Below, piece after piece: positions 26,066-37,241 of a stretch of DNA of 64,000 bases. The translations under genes and the position numbers were made by a program. The stretch's first letter is position 1. Each line of letters opens with the position of its first letter. The DNA is taken from the NCBI RefSeq assembly GCF_000143415.4, contig NW_003314292.1:598829-662828 (forward strand), written 5' to 3'. The notes under the pieces are model-generated. The model searched no databases. It was not told the origin of the DNA and saw only the letters and a program-made list of their open reading frames with translations. The stretch comes from Selaginella moellendorffii. Its lineage: Eukaryota > Plantae > Lycopodiophyta.

Positions 26066-26260
26066 ATACCTTTCTCGGCCTTTTGGCTAAGATCAAGTGT
26101 AGTATCTGTTCTTATCAGTTTAATAGCTGATATGGGACCACGTGTCCCAACGCTATTAACCTAATTTTTTGTGGGAGGAGGGCCACCGGTAGCTTGCTAC
26201 CCGGCCTTCCACGTGTCGCTTTGGCCTTACACTACAGCCTTAGCCTGGCACAACCCAACC
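26066..26260 (+). ncRNA. U2: U2 spliceosomal snRNA
   Basis: ATACCTTTCTCGGCCTTTTGGCTAAGATCAAGTGTAGTATCTGTTCTTATCAG 5' end, branch-pairing GTAGTA, Sm site AATTTTTTG. Confidence 0.95.
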
Positions 26261-26864
26261 CCCAAATTTAAACCAAGAAGCATTGATAGAATTGATTTTC
26301 TAGGGTTTTGTTTGTCTCAAGCTAATTTTTTGCCTTTAATTGAGGAAGGGGCTGTTCTTCCATTGGATACTCTATCCTGAGAGCAGCAGCAGAGGACACG
26401 AGCAAAAGTTTGTGGTGGCTGCCCATGGCTGTCTCGCCAAGCCCCGACTTGGACTCTGTGTCCTTATGACGATGCTACTATCCTTCTGAAGGTGGACGTT
26501 TTAGACAAGGCTTTTCGCAAGAGCTTTGGCTGGAAGTTCCACTTATTTCCACGTCTTGGAATGCAAATATTCTGGATTCTTCTATACAAACATTTTCTGC
26601 AAATTCAGGATTTGATCATGTGGATATCAAGGAGAGCACTCCATGCCGGATGGAATGCACTATCATCACTACACTATTCTCATCCAGGCTCATGCGTACA
26701 CCCCACCTTATCCAAATATAAGTAATTTAGTTGATATTAATGTTCTTCAAATGTGGCTAATATTTTTGCAATTCTAATTAAAACCACAGATAAGAGGGTT
26801 TAATAAAACTTTTTCCAACAAAAATACAACAGATAGTTGATCAAATAAACAACAAATAGGTGGT

Positions 26865-26867
<3 letters not shown>

Positions 26868-26922
<55 letters not shown>
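26868..26922. repeat. (AT)n microsatellite
   Basis: Pure AT dinucleotide run of ~50 bp. Confidence 0.95.
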
Positions 26923-26927
<5 letters not shown>

Positions 26928-27232
26928 GCGTATACTAGCACAAGTTGCCTTGTTGGCAAAGATCATAAAGTAGCCTTGTTTAGTGGGAATGAAATTCAAG
27001 GAGTAAGGAGCATTATTTTGATTCTCTCCTAAATGTGTATATTACATTTGCTAAATTTTTGCTAAATTTGTGCTAAATGTTTTTCTTCTTTCACAACACT
27101 TAATGGGCACTCAAAGTTGTGCTAAATAGTTATTTGTTGAAACAAAAATATATCAAAATATTTCAATAAGACATGGTTAAAGAAATAATTTTTCAATAGT
27201 TATATCGCAAGAAACATTCTAAAGGATATGGT

Positions 27233-28926
27233 TGTAAGCGACTAAATTTTCCATTCTACTTTAGTTACTTAACCACACCTCCGACCACTTGGAGGAGTCT
27301 CATTCACAACCTCCATCAGTCCAATTCAGGACTTGGGACTTGCTAGCCCCAAGAATGGCATCCATGCCACTCCACACTTGCACCTGGTCCAAGTGCTCCA
27401 CGTGTCCGGTCTTGAGACCGACACCCAAAGGTACCACTGACATCTCGGCCCGTTACGCTAAGGCCATGCCCATTCACCTTTGCTGCACTAGTGGTTCAAC
27501 ACCACTTGCATCACCACCTCGTCTCTCCAAGACTGGGCCATGTGTCCACGAGTGGTCATCCTAGATCCACTCCTTAGCATCCTTAGGATGCCCACAGACC
27601 TGGGGAGTTGCCTTCCCCAAAGTCCCTTTGTCAGTTCCTACCAAGTCCCTTTCTGCCCTTGGCCGTGTTTGCCAACACTGCCACTGGATCGAGGCCCACA
27701 GGCCCGACCACTAAGTCCCACGGTCCTCTGGGACTTCCTCACCACATGACTGTGTCCTTGGTCACTACCCCAGAGGACTACTCCTCTTCCTTTCCACAGT
27801 CTGGGCCTTTGGGACAACATTTCGGAACACCGTGGCCTTACGCGAGCCACCTGGGTACTCTCCCCACCTATCGCCTTTAGGTGCTCTAGCCATGGGCTTA
27901 GAGCGAGGTTCTATTGAGCCACGCTTGGTATCCAAGTAGGTAGTGCCACCCACACTTGGACTGGGAGCATCGGCCAGTCGATCTCCCGGGGGAACTAGAG
28001 CCGGCTCTTGAACACTTCACCAAGCTACCCCGCTTGTCGGTCCGTATTCACTATAGTCTTGGACTTCCCAGTGGTCAGTTCATCACCCAACACTGGGTCT
28101 GGCCTTCCTGGGCCAAACTGGCCTTTCCTGGCCAAACTGGCTCCACTACAGTCCTCCCCCTACTATACTTTTGGAGCTCACCAAACCCCCCAGGGTCTGG
28201 GAGACGAACGCTTTGGGCTTTCACCCTCTCAGGCTCCGGACTCGGACTTGGACTCGGACTCGGACTCGGACTCGGACTCGGACTCGGACTCGGACTCGGA
28301 TTCGGACTCGGACTCGGGCTCGGGCTCGGTCTTGGCCTCGGCCTCGGTCTCGGTCTCGGTCCCGATCTCGGTCTCGGTCTCGGTCTCGGTCCCAGTCTCG
28401 GTTCCGGTCTCGGTTTCGACTTCGGACTCCATCTCGGACTCCATCTCGGACTCCATCTTGGGTCCATCTCAGGTCCATCTCGGACTCCATCTCGGACTCC
28501 ATCTCGGGTCCATCTCGGACTCCATCTCGGACTCCATTTCGGGTCCATCTCGGGTCCACCTCGGACTCCACCTCGGACTCCATCTCGGACTCCATCTCGG
28601 GTCCATCTCGGACTCCATCTCGGACTCCATCTCGGACTCCATCTCGGGTCCATCTCGGACTCCATCTCGGACTCCATCTCGAGTCCATCTCGGACACTCC
28701 CACGTGTCATGTGTTGGTCCTTTTGGGTCCCTTTTTGGAGCCTTGCCTTTTGCTCGCTTCGTGCTCGTTCCTCGAGCACTTTGTTGGGAGTTCCACTCCC
28801 GCTCTTGACTTTTCAAGTCAGAGCTTTTGGTCCAAACGTTTTACGCTCGTTTGGCTCTCGCTTCGGCCACTACCATGTGGCGCCCTTCCGGCTCCACTTT
28901 GGGGCCTAGGGATTTTGTGTCTCACA
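27233..28926 (-). repeat. 3' LTR (1694 bp)
   Basis: Near-identical to 33035-34716; TG..CA ends. Confidence 0.95.
28236..28695. repeat. Compound minisatellite in LTR: (GGACTC)n, (GGTCTC)n, (GGACTCCATCTC / GGGTCCATCTC)n
   Basis: Directly visible tandem array. Confidence 0.95.
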
Positions 28927-31900
28927 ACTCCACCACCCATAGACGAAGTTCGATGTCCTCATCGAACGGTAAACCATTTTGTAAAGTAACACTCGCATGT
29001 GTTACCATTTCCATCCTTGGCACCTAGCCAATATTTGTCAATGGTTTGACATTGAAGGCTCACCATGCCTTCTCCACATTCGTTAATGGTTCGACACCAA
29101 AGGCTCACCATGCCTTGCCCATCCTCTAAGGAGGATAGTCTCTCCAGCTTAGAGACTCACTTGACCACCTGGGGTGGTTTGCTCCTTTTTTATTGGTTCA
29201 GTTCTCGCTAAACCTCTTAGAGACCCTTCTCTAAGTCAATCCCACTACTCCTTCTTGAGTAGTCTCAATTTCCATCTATTGAATGTTTGCACCTTGGAAC
29301 TTTTACTCTTTTGACTTTTGGAAGTCAATTTCCTAGGTGTCTCCAACACCTTGCATTGCACAGATTGTGCAACTCCACTTCCCTATCCTAGGAAGTTCAT
29401 TACTTGAGGGCACCATCATCCTCTCTTCTATTTCGTGCCACCTTGGGCACTAAGTTCCATTTATCACACTTTGTGCTAGGGTTGCCCATTGCCCTATCAT
29501 TTGGCTACCTTACTGCTCCCTCCCTTGGAGCTTCCACTTTCGCCAAATCGGAGCAATTCGGAATCCATCCTTGGAAATACACTTCCTTTCCCGCAATTTG
29601 TTAGCGTCCAACACATCAGTGTTCTTCGCCTAACTTTGTCACTTGGATTCCTTCCAGGGATTCCACGGCCCTATCTTGGCCACTCATCTTTTGCTCCTAT
29701 CCGTTGATTGTTGTACCAAGCAACATCGAATCTCTACCTCCCTCCTTGAGGTATTTTTTTTGATTCCATAGCAAAGGCTCTGCTTTGCCAAGACTAGGGT
29801 GTTCGCCCCTAGTAAGTCTCTGTTAGCATCTTCTGCTGTGGGCTCTATCCTCGGCCCAACTTTGTGACCCTCTCATGGGTCTCTTTAGAGACTACTTTCC
29901 TTGGACACACTATGCCATCGCAATGACATAGCTCATTTCCCTAAAGTGCTTTTCCCACTTGGTCACCTTGACCAAGCCACACCATCATCAATAGTTCAAA
30001 TCAACACTTTGAACTAGGAACCTTATTCCTTAACCCAAACAAGGACTTTGTCCTTATTTAGCCACAAGATCACTTAGTGATCTCACCTCGGCACCTTAAC
30101 AGGTTTGCCAATAGGTACTAGGTCTTCAAGACCTTTAACTTGTTAACTACGACCCCGGGGGCATCCCCCACACTTGGCGGTGCGCCCAAGCCAGCCCTTC
30201 CGGCCAAGGGTCCATAGCAACTGAGATTAGGTGTCCCCATCTCACTCACCACGTCTTTGGTGCCACTTGCACCAAAGAGTTCAAGTTAGATATGCCGAGC
30301 TTTCACACTAAGCAATCTAACTGTGCATCACGACTCCGAGGCATCCCTCGCTTGGCGGTGTGCCCAAACCAGTCTCCCCACTGAGAGTCCATGACCACCG
30401 AAATATGAGTGTCCTCATATTCCAAACCATCACCACGCCCTAGTGATTTGGGACTCGAACCCAAGCACTAGAGGGTCGGGACTCGAACCCAACCTCCGTA
30501 TATGCATCTACGGACGGCATCACTCTAGATGCCTGGCGTGACTCCCCACGCCGGTGCACCAACCTATTTTTAAAGCGCGCTACAGATCACAGCTTAGGAA
30601 CCTAGTTCCTCCACACTGCCAAGTCCTCTCACTTGACATGTCTGTGATCATGCATGGACTCCTCCATGCTCGGCCCCATGGCCCACCCTTTTTGAAGTTA
30701 TCACCTTCAACTAGGGTCTTTGTTCCCCCGACGTGCCAATCTCACTTGGCAAGTCCTCCGACCATTGTAACATGGTTCCTGCATAAGCGTGAAAGTCCTT
30801 GACCATCGACTTTCGTTCAAAGCCCTCTCTTTGAACACTCGGGAACTACTTCCCTAACCTTGATAACCTTGCCTCATGGCAAGCTTCAAGACCACGCTTC
30901 TGCTGCGCCACTCTGATTTCGCGCGTTCCATGAACCATTTACACTTGGCCTTTCTAGGTACTACGCTACCTAGAATCGTCTTTGGGAACCTTGAAGGAAC
31001 TCTGTCCCTCAGCTTGCTAAGGCCTCCCCTTTCGCAAGCTTTATAGTTGCCATATAGTCTAACATGGACAATTCCATATTTTAGACTCTCTATGGCATCA
31101 CGGTTGCTAGCAACAACATCCTCGAGCACCCTCTTGATTCTCCACTCCCAGCTGGCATAACCAACCTTGGTTATGCCCTTTGATTCCTATGGTTCGGTTC
31201 TATCCCCTTACTTCTTGCTTTTTGGCTTCACACCTTTCCTTTGGTCATTCTCCTCCAGACCAGGAGGATAGCTTTGCACTTTCTATCATGCCTTAGCAAG
31301 TATTCTTAGGGATGAACCTACCCAATAGCCTAGGGAGTGGTTCCTCAATCCGGGTATGCTCACCTTATAATCCAACACACTGGGATTACATTGTTGCTTA
31401 TGGGCCTTTACATGCCCATCACTAGCCTTGCCAAAATTCCATTTTTGGCTTTGTCCAACTCGGGTAGATAGTCCTCTCCTGTCTCCGCAACCTTGGACAT
31501 TTGGATAGCACCTTCTATCCATCATTCGCTAGGGACTTAGTCCCTTGGGCTTTATCCATTGCCCTCGCGACATCAAACACCACCTTCTGGTGTTCTAGAG
31601 TGTTCAGGTGTCCCAATGATGGCTTTCTTGACAATGAGTATTTCCTTTTATGACATTGACTTACTATATCGCAACATAAGCAACTTATCCCCCGTAAGGG
31701 TATATCCGACTTCCCTATACTAGAAGTCTTGGGTAGCTACTTTCTACCCGTTTAACCAGTTATTTTGCACCTCTTGCTTAGTTGCCTCATGGTTGTCAAG
31801 TCCTACAACTCATTGATTGGTGCTTGCACACCTCCATCATTATCTGGGTCACCGCACTCCAACTGCATGCTCTGCCGCTTAGGCTATGCCATTCCCATTT

Positions 31901-33034
31901 CCATTGGGATTCCTTTGGCAAGGGGTTCTCATGAACCCACCAACATAGCCTCAAGGTATCACACCTTGGCACATTTGGTGTCTCCACACTATCGGCTCCA
32001 CGAGCCTACCTCTATGACATTTCCCCTTCGTGTCTAAGTCTTTGCCAAGACCAACACCGCTCTTTCTCATGCCAACCATCCGTTAGCACTACACCATAGA
32101 GGTCACACACAACTTTGTGTCAAAGTTGTTTTCTTCTGGGAACACCTTTCCCATAACTTTAGTATGGCACATTTTGCCATCGATGAGATACTCTCTGTTC
32201 TCATCCTTGGATCCTATGATCCCCCCCCATCCTTTGTGGGGTACAACGCACCTCAGTCCAAATGCTTCTATCAGTCCTTTTAGGACCATCCCTTGACTCT
32301 ACTTGAGTCGTCTAGCAGTTTTGGACTTGGTTAATCCACCAACCCGTAAGGTCCTACTTGTGAGGCACTAGCTCACTGGAATACACTTCTTGCATTCCGG
32401 TCCTACTCAAAAGGACTATTTTCACAAGTGTTACTCCGACACTTGATTTTGTTCTCTGGGGGCAACCTTTGCCCCTTAGGACTGCTTGTCCATGTGATGA
32501 GAATACCAACTCATCCACTTAATACACCCCCAACTCCTTGGGTTGTTCCAGCATTTATTAGAGGTAGCCCCGGCTACCATTTCAAGGACTTGAGTCCTCT
32601 TCCGTATTTGACCTTCCACGGTCATTACCTTTGGTCTCACATTCATGAGCACCAACCTCAACTATATGAGGATAATCTTGTGACTCCTTTATTGTAAAGG
32701 AGTCTCTATCTTTCCCGTGATCCTAACTTTAGTTGTTTACCACAACAACCTAAGCCAATTTGCTGAGACAAATGCTCATCCGGATCACATCCTCAACTCA
32801 ATGAGGAAAACCTTGCACTGTTCCCAAGATCCCAAAGTCGTTCCATTATTGGCCCTTTTCTATCCACCACCTTGTCTACAAGTTCACACATGAACTGTAA
32901 TGGAGAGCCATGTCTTCCCGACTTGCTACTCCTCAAGAATAGGCCCACTCCTCGGACCTTCCGATGCCAACACTAGTGGGGATATACTTGAGCACCAATA
33001 AAAGTCGGACTAAGGAACAGCTCTGATACCAAAT

Positions 33035-34716
33035 TGTAAGCGACTAAATTTTCCATTCTACTTTAGTCACTTAACCACACCTCCGACCACTTGGAGGAGT
33101 CTCATTCACAACCTCCATCAGTCCAATTCAGGACTTGGGACTTGCTAGCCCCAAGAATGGCATCCATGCCACTCCACACTTGCACCTGGTCCAAGTGCTC
33201 CACGTGTCCGGTCCTGAGACCGACACCCAAAGGTACCACTGACATCTCGGCCCGTTACGCTAAGGCCATGCCCATTCACCTTTGCTGCACTAGTGGTTCA
33301 ACACCACTTGCATCACCACCTCGTCTCTCCAAGACTGGGCCATGTGTCCACGAGTGGTCATCCTAGATCCACTCCTTAGCATCCTTAGGATGCCCACAGA
33401 CCTGGGGAGTTGCCTTCCCCAAAGTCCCTTTGTCAGTTCCTACCAAGTCCCTTTCTGCCCTTGGCCGTGTTTGCCAACACTGCCACTGGATCGAGGCCCA
33501 CAGGCCCGACCACTAAGTCCCACGGTCCTCTGGGACTTCCTCACCACATGACTGTGTCCTTGGTCACTACCCCAGAGGACTGCTCCTCTTCCTTTCCACA
33601 GTCTGGGCCTTTGGGACAACATTTCGGAACACCGTGGCCTTACGCGAGCCACCTGGGTACTCTCCCCACCTATCGCCTTTAGGTGCTCTAGCCATGGGCT
33701 TAGAGCGAGGTTCTATTGAGCCACGCTTGGTATCCAAGTAGGTAGTGCCACCCACACTTGGACTGGGAGCATCGGCCAGTCGATCTCCCGGGGGAACTAG
33801 AGCCGGCTCTTGAACACTTCACCAAGCTACCCCGCTTGTCGGTCCGTATTCACTATAGTCTTGGACTTCCCAGTGGTCAGTTCATCACCCAACACTGGGT
33901 CTGGCCTTCCTGGGCCAAACTAGCCTTTCCTGGCCAAACTGGCTCCACTGCAGTCCTCCCCCTACTATACTTTTGGAGCTCACCAAACCCCCCAGGGTCT
34001 GGGAGACGAACGCTTTGGGCTTTCACCCTCTCAGGCTCCGGACTCGGACTCGGACTCGGACTCGGACTCGGATTTGGACTCGGACTCGGGCTCGGGCTCG
34101 GTCTTGGCCTCGGCCTCGGTCTCGGTCTCGGTCTCGGTCCCAATCTCGGTCTCGGTCTCGGTCTCGGTCCCGGTCTCGGTTCCGGTCTCGGTCTCGACTT
34201 CGGACTCCATCTCGGACTCCATCTCGGACTCCATCTCGGACTCCATCTCGGACTCCATCTTGGGTCCATCTCGGGTCCATCTCGGACTCCATCTCAGACT
34301 CCATCTCGGGTCCATCTCGGACTCCATCTCGGACTCCATTTCGGGTCCATCTCGGGTCCACCTCGGACTCCACCTCGGACTCCATCTCGGACTCCATCTC
34401 GGGTCCATCTCGGACTCCATCTCGGACTCCATCTCGGGTCCATCTCGGACTCCATCTCGGACTCCATCTCGAGTCCATCTCGGACACTCCCACGTGTCAT
34501 GTGTTGGTCCTTTTGGGTCTCTTTTTGGAGCCTTGCCTTTTGCTCGCTTCGTGCTCGTTCCTCGAGCACTTTGTTGGGAGTTCCACTCCCGCTCTTGACT
34601 TTTCAAGTCGGAGCTTTTGGTCCAAACGTTTTACGCTCGTTTGGCTCTCGCTTCGGCCACTACCATGTGGCGCCCTTCCGGCTCCACTTTGGGGCCTAGG
34701 GATTTTGTGTCTCACA
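33035..34716 (-). repeat. 5' LTR (1682 bp)
   Basis: Adjacent to the PBS; near-identical to 27233-28926. Confidence 0.95.
34038..34485. repeat. Compound minisatellite in the second LTR, with different unit counts
   Basis: Directly visible tandem array. Confidence 0.95.
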
Positions 34717-35471
34717 ATGGTAGGCCTTAAAATTTTTATTTTATAAAGATTTGCAAATATTTATATGCCTCAACTTTTTGGGATAATTGAACTTTTATAA
34801 TTGTTACTATTATTAATTTTGTATAATTGCAAATTTGCACAAGCATCTCCAATAAAAACTAATACTATAATTTATAAGTTTTAGTAGTATCACTCTAAAT
34901 AACACTAAAAAACATAAGAAATTTAACAATTAATATTTAAAATTGTGAATATAATCAAATTTATGATACAGCTATTTTGTAATAGTTAATTAAGATTTTT
35001 TTTATCACAACAAGCTTTTATATTAAATTAGGTTCTGATCCTACTGTTTCTTTAAATTATTAAACAATTTTGCGAGGATAAAAGGATAAGGATAAACAAA
35101 ATCAAAAAGCATTTGAATCTTTACAAATCCACCTTAAAAATCATTTAAGAAACCTGCTTGTTGCTAGAGATTACAACTGCTATCAAGAACGTGAACACTG
35201 GTGAAGCTACTGTCCATCTGCACTAGGCAGCATAAGCAACAGCACTAGCTTGCTCCACGAAGCGTTTATGTCGTGGAGAACAATCGCGAGGAGCAACTCA
35301 TACATTGTCAATCTCTCCTTTTCGATATATATTCTATGTAGTGGTACACTTTTTGCTGCTAGCAACGCTGTGTCTTTTAAGAGTTAAAATTCAATCGCTG
35401 TAAGTAGAGTCAGTGTTTTGTGTGGAGCCCGAGAGAAGGAAAAAAAAAAGATGGAAGAGAAGCTTATCTCG

Positions 35472-36719
35472 TCAGCGGCCATTCTCCTTCGCATCGCCCT
35501 CCGCGCCATTGTCCTTGTGCTGCGAGTGTTGAAGATCGTCCACCTTCTTCCTCTTTGCATGAGGTTCTTCTCCACTGTCTACCGCTGCTGCTGCCAATGA
35601 TCCTCCTGCTAGCTTCTCCTCGTCGACTAGAATTACATCCGCTGTTGTTGGCTTGTGCTCCTCGTCCTCCGCACTGTCGTCCGTGAGGTCGATCGCGGGG
35701 TCTGGCTCCGGGTCTGGATCCGCGTCTAGTTTGATCGGCGAGAGGGGGAGGCCATCGTCGCCACGCAAGAGCTTGTTCATCTTCTGCTGCTCCTCGAGTA
35801 TCCTTTGCAGGTATTTCCCCTGTGCCTCGATCCGAAGCTGCAAGTGTCTTTGCACCTGTCAAGAAGTAAAAGAACATGTTTTGAGAAAGATCCACAACGA
35901 CGTCAACCGTTTGATTACCTCGAGCTGTTCATGCAGTCGCTTTTGAACTTCCATTTGCATTCGCAATGCCTCGCTAAGTTGCCTGCCACTGGACGGGGAA
36001 AAACAAATATATAGTACTAGACAAGCAAAGAATGGAAAAAACTTTAGGAGAGTACCGTGAATCTGCCTCGAGGTCCCTCCCTTTCTCGAGTTCGCCTGTG
36101 ACACAGAAGAAAGAAAAAGAACGTAAAGACAAAGCTCTGGCGACAGGACTCGTAGAAGCTTACCATCGCCCAAAGTGTCAGGAAGATACTTGGCGAGCCG
36201 AAACTTCTATAGAAACAATCACGTCTCCATCAGAACTGGCAACAACAAATTTAAGATCCTTGCCTGTAAATGACTTTTGATGTGGTAAATTGTGAGTCCT
36301 TGAACGCCCATCAGCCCAAGAACACCTTTGGGAGTAGCCTCTGCAAGAAAAAAAAAACAAACAAACAATAGAACATTAGCTCATAGAAGTGAAAGAATCA
36401 AAGAAAGAAATGGACTGTGGTCCTAGTACTCACTGTCAGAGCCACCAAGCTGGTTCACGGCTTCCATGAAGCGGTCATGGAGCTCGGGAGTCCATCGGAG
36501 CCTCTGCTTGACGGACGCGACGTTGCCGCTGGATGCCGCTGGAGTGCTTGCTACATTGTTTGCTAGTGCCGCTGCTGGCGTTGATGGCACCGCCGCCGCT
36601 GGAGGAGGTGTGGAGAAGCAAACCAAATCCCCCGCTGCCGCTGGGCTGCTGGGGACCTGTGGAGCTACCGGCGCTGCCGCCACAACGCTCGACGGCGAGT
36701 TCTTGGGTTGCAGCATCAT
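35472..36719 (-). CDS. PHR1-like MYB-CC (GARP) transcription factor
   Basis: [68 protein letters not shown]. Confidence 0.93.
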
Positions 36720-37241
36720 CGACGCGCACGAAATATAGACGATTACCACTCCTACTGCTGATCTAGGACCGCCGGATCACCTAGGCAAGAAGCAATGCTC
36801 GAGCAGAACCTGGAAATTTCATCCCTCCCCGCGATTCTTGAGTCAACAGCGAGCTCTCGCGGCGCCGAAGACGATCCAGCCCTCCAACAACCCACGCGCT
36901 AGCTCGAGTCCCCCGTCGCGACGAGAAACCCTGGTGTCGAGTCGAGAAAGCGCACGCCATAGCCAAGCGCTTTCAGCAGAATGGAGGAAGGGAAGAAAGA
37001 ACTCCAGCAAACAAGGGCCCAGGCCTGGGCTACCGAGCCTCAGGCTCGAGCTACGGTATAGCCCCGGCGGGCGTTTAAATTCAGGTCTGCGAAGCCGAGC
37101 CTGTTGACGCGGGGAATATTGTAGGCGCACCCAGGGATATGCGAATCGTCGATCACGTCTATGAGAATATTCTCTGCTCCAAAAAAACACCCTTGTGTTT
37201 ATTATGGGTTCTCCTGTTTAGGGCTCTTGGGAGCTACAGGG

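Larger units (their letters stand above)
27233..34716 (-). mobile_element. Ty3/Gypsy-type LTR retrotransposon, non-autonomous (internal region decayed)
   Basis: TG...CA LTRs at 27233-28926 and 33035-34716; 5-bp TSD ATGGT on both flanks; PBS TGGTATCAGAGC (tRNA-iMet) at 33020-33031; PPT TGGGTGGTGGAGT next to 28927; stop-ridden RT/RNaseH-like (~32100-32620) and integrase-like (~31800-32000, ~29330-29480) remnants. Confidence 0.95.

Noticed and set aside
28236-28695. CRISPR-like array
   Set aside because: No unique spacers, eukaryotic context, no cas genes
27956-28989. Long ORFs (GL-, SD-, RT/RS-repeat) in the LTRs, also at 33758-34746
   Set aside because: By-product of stop-free tandem repeats open in all frames; no domain signal
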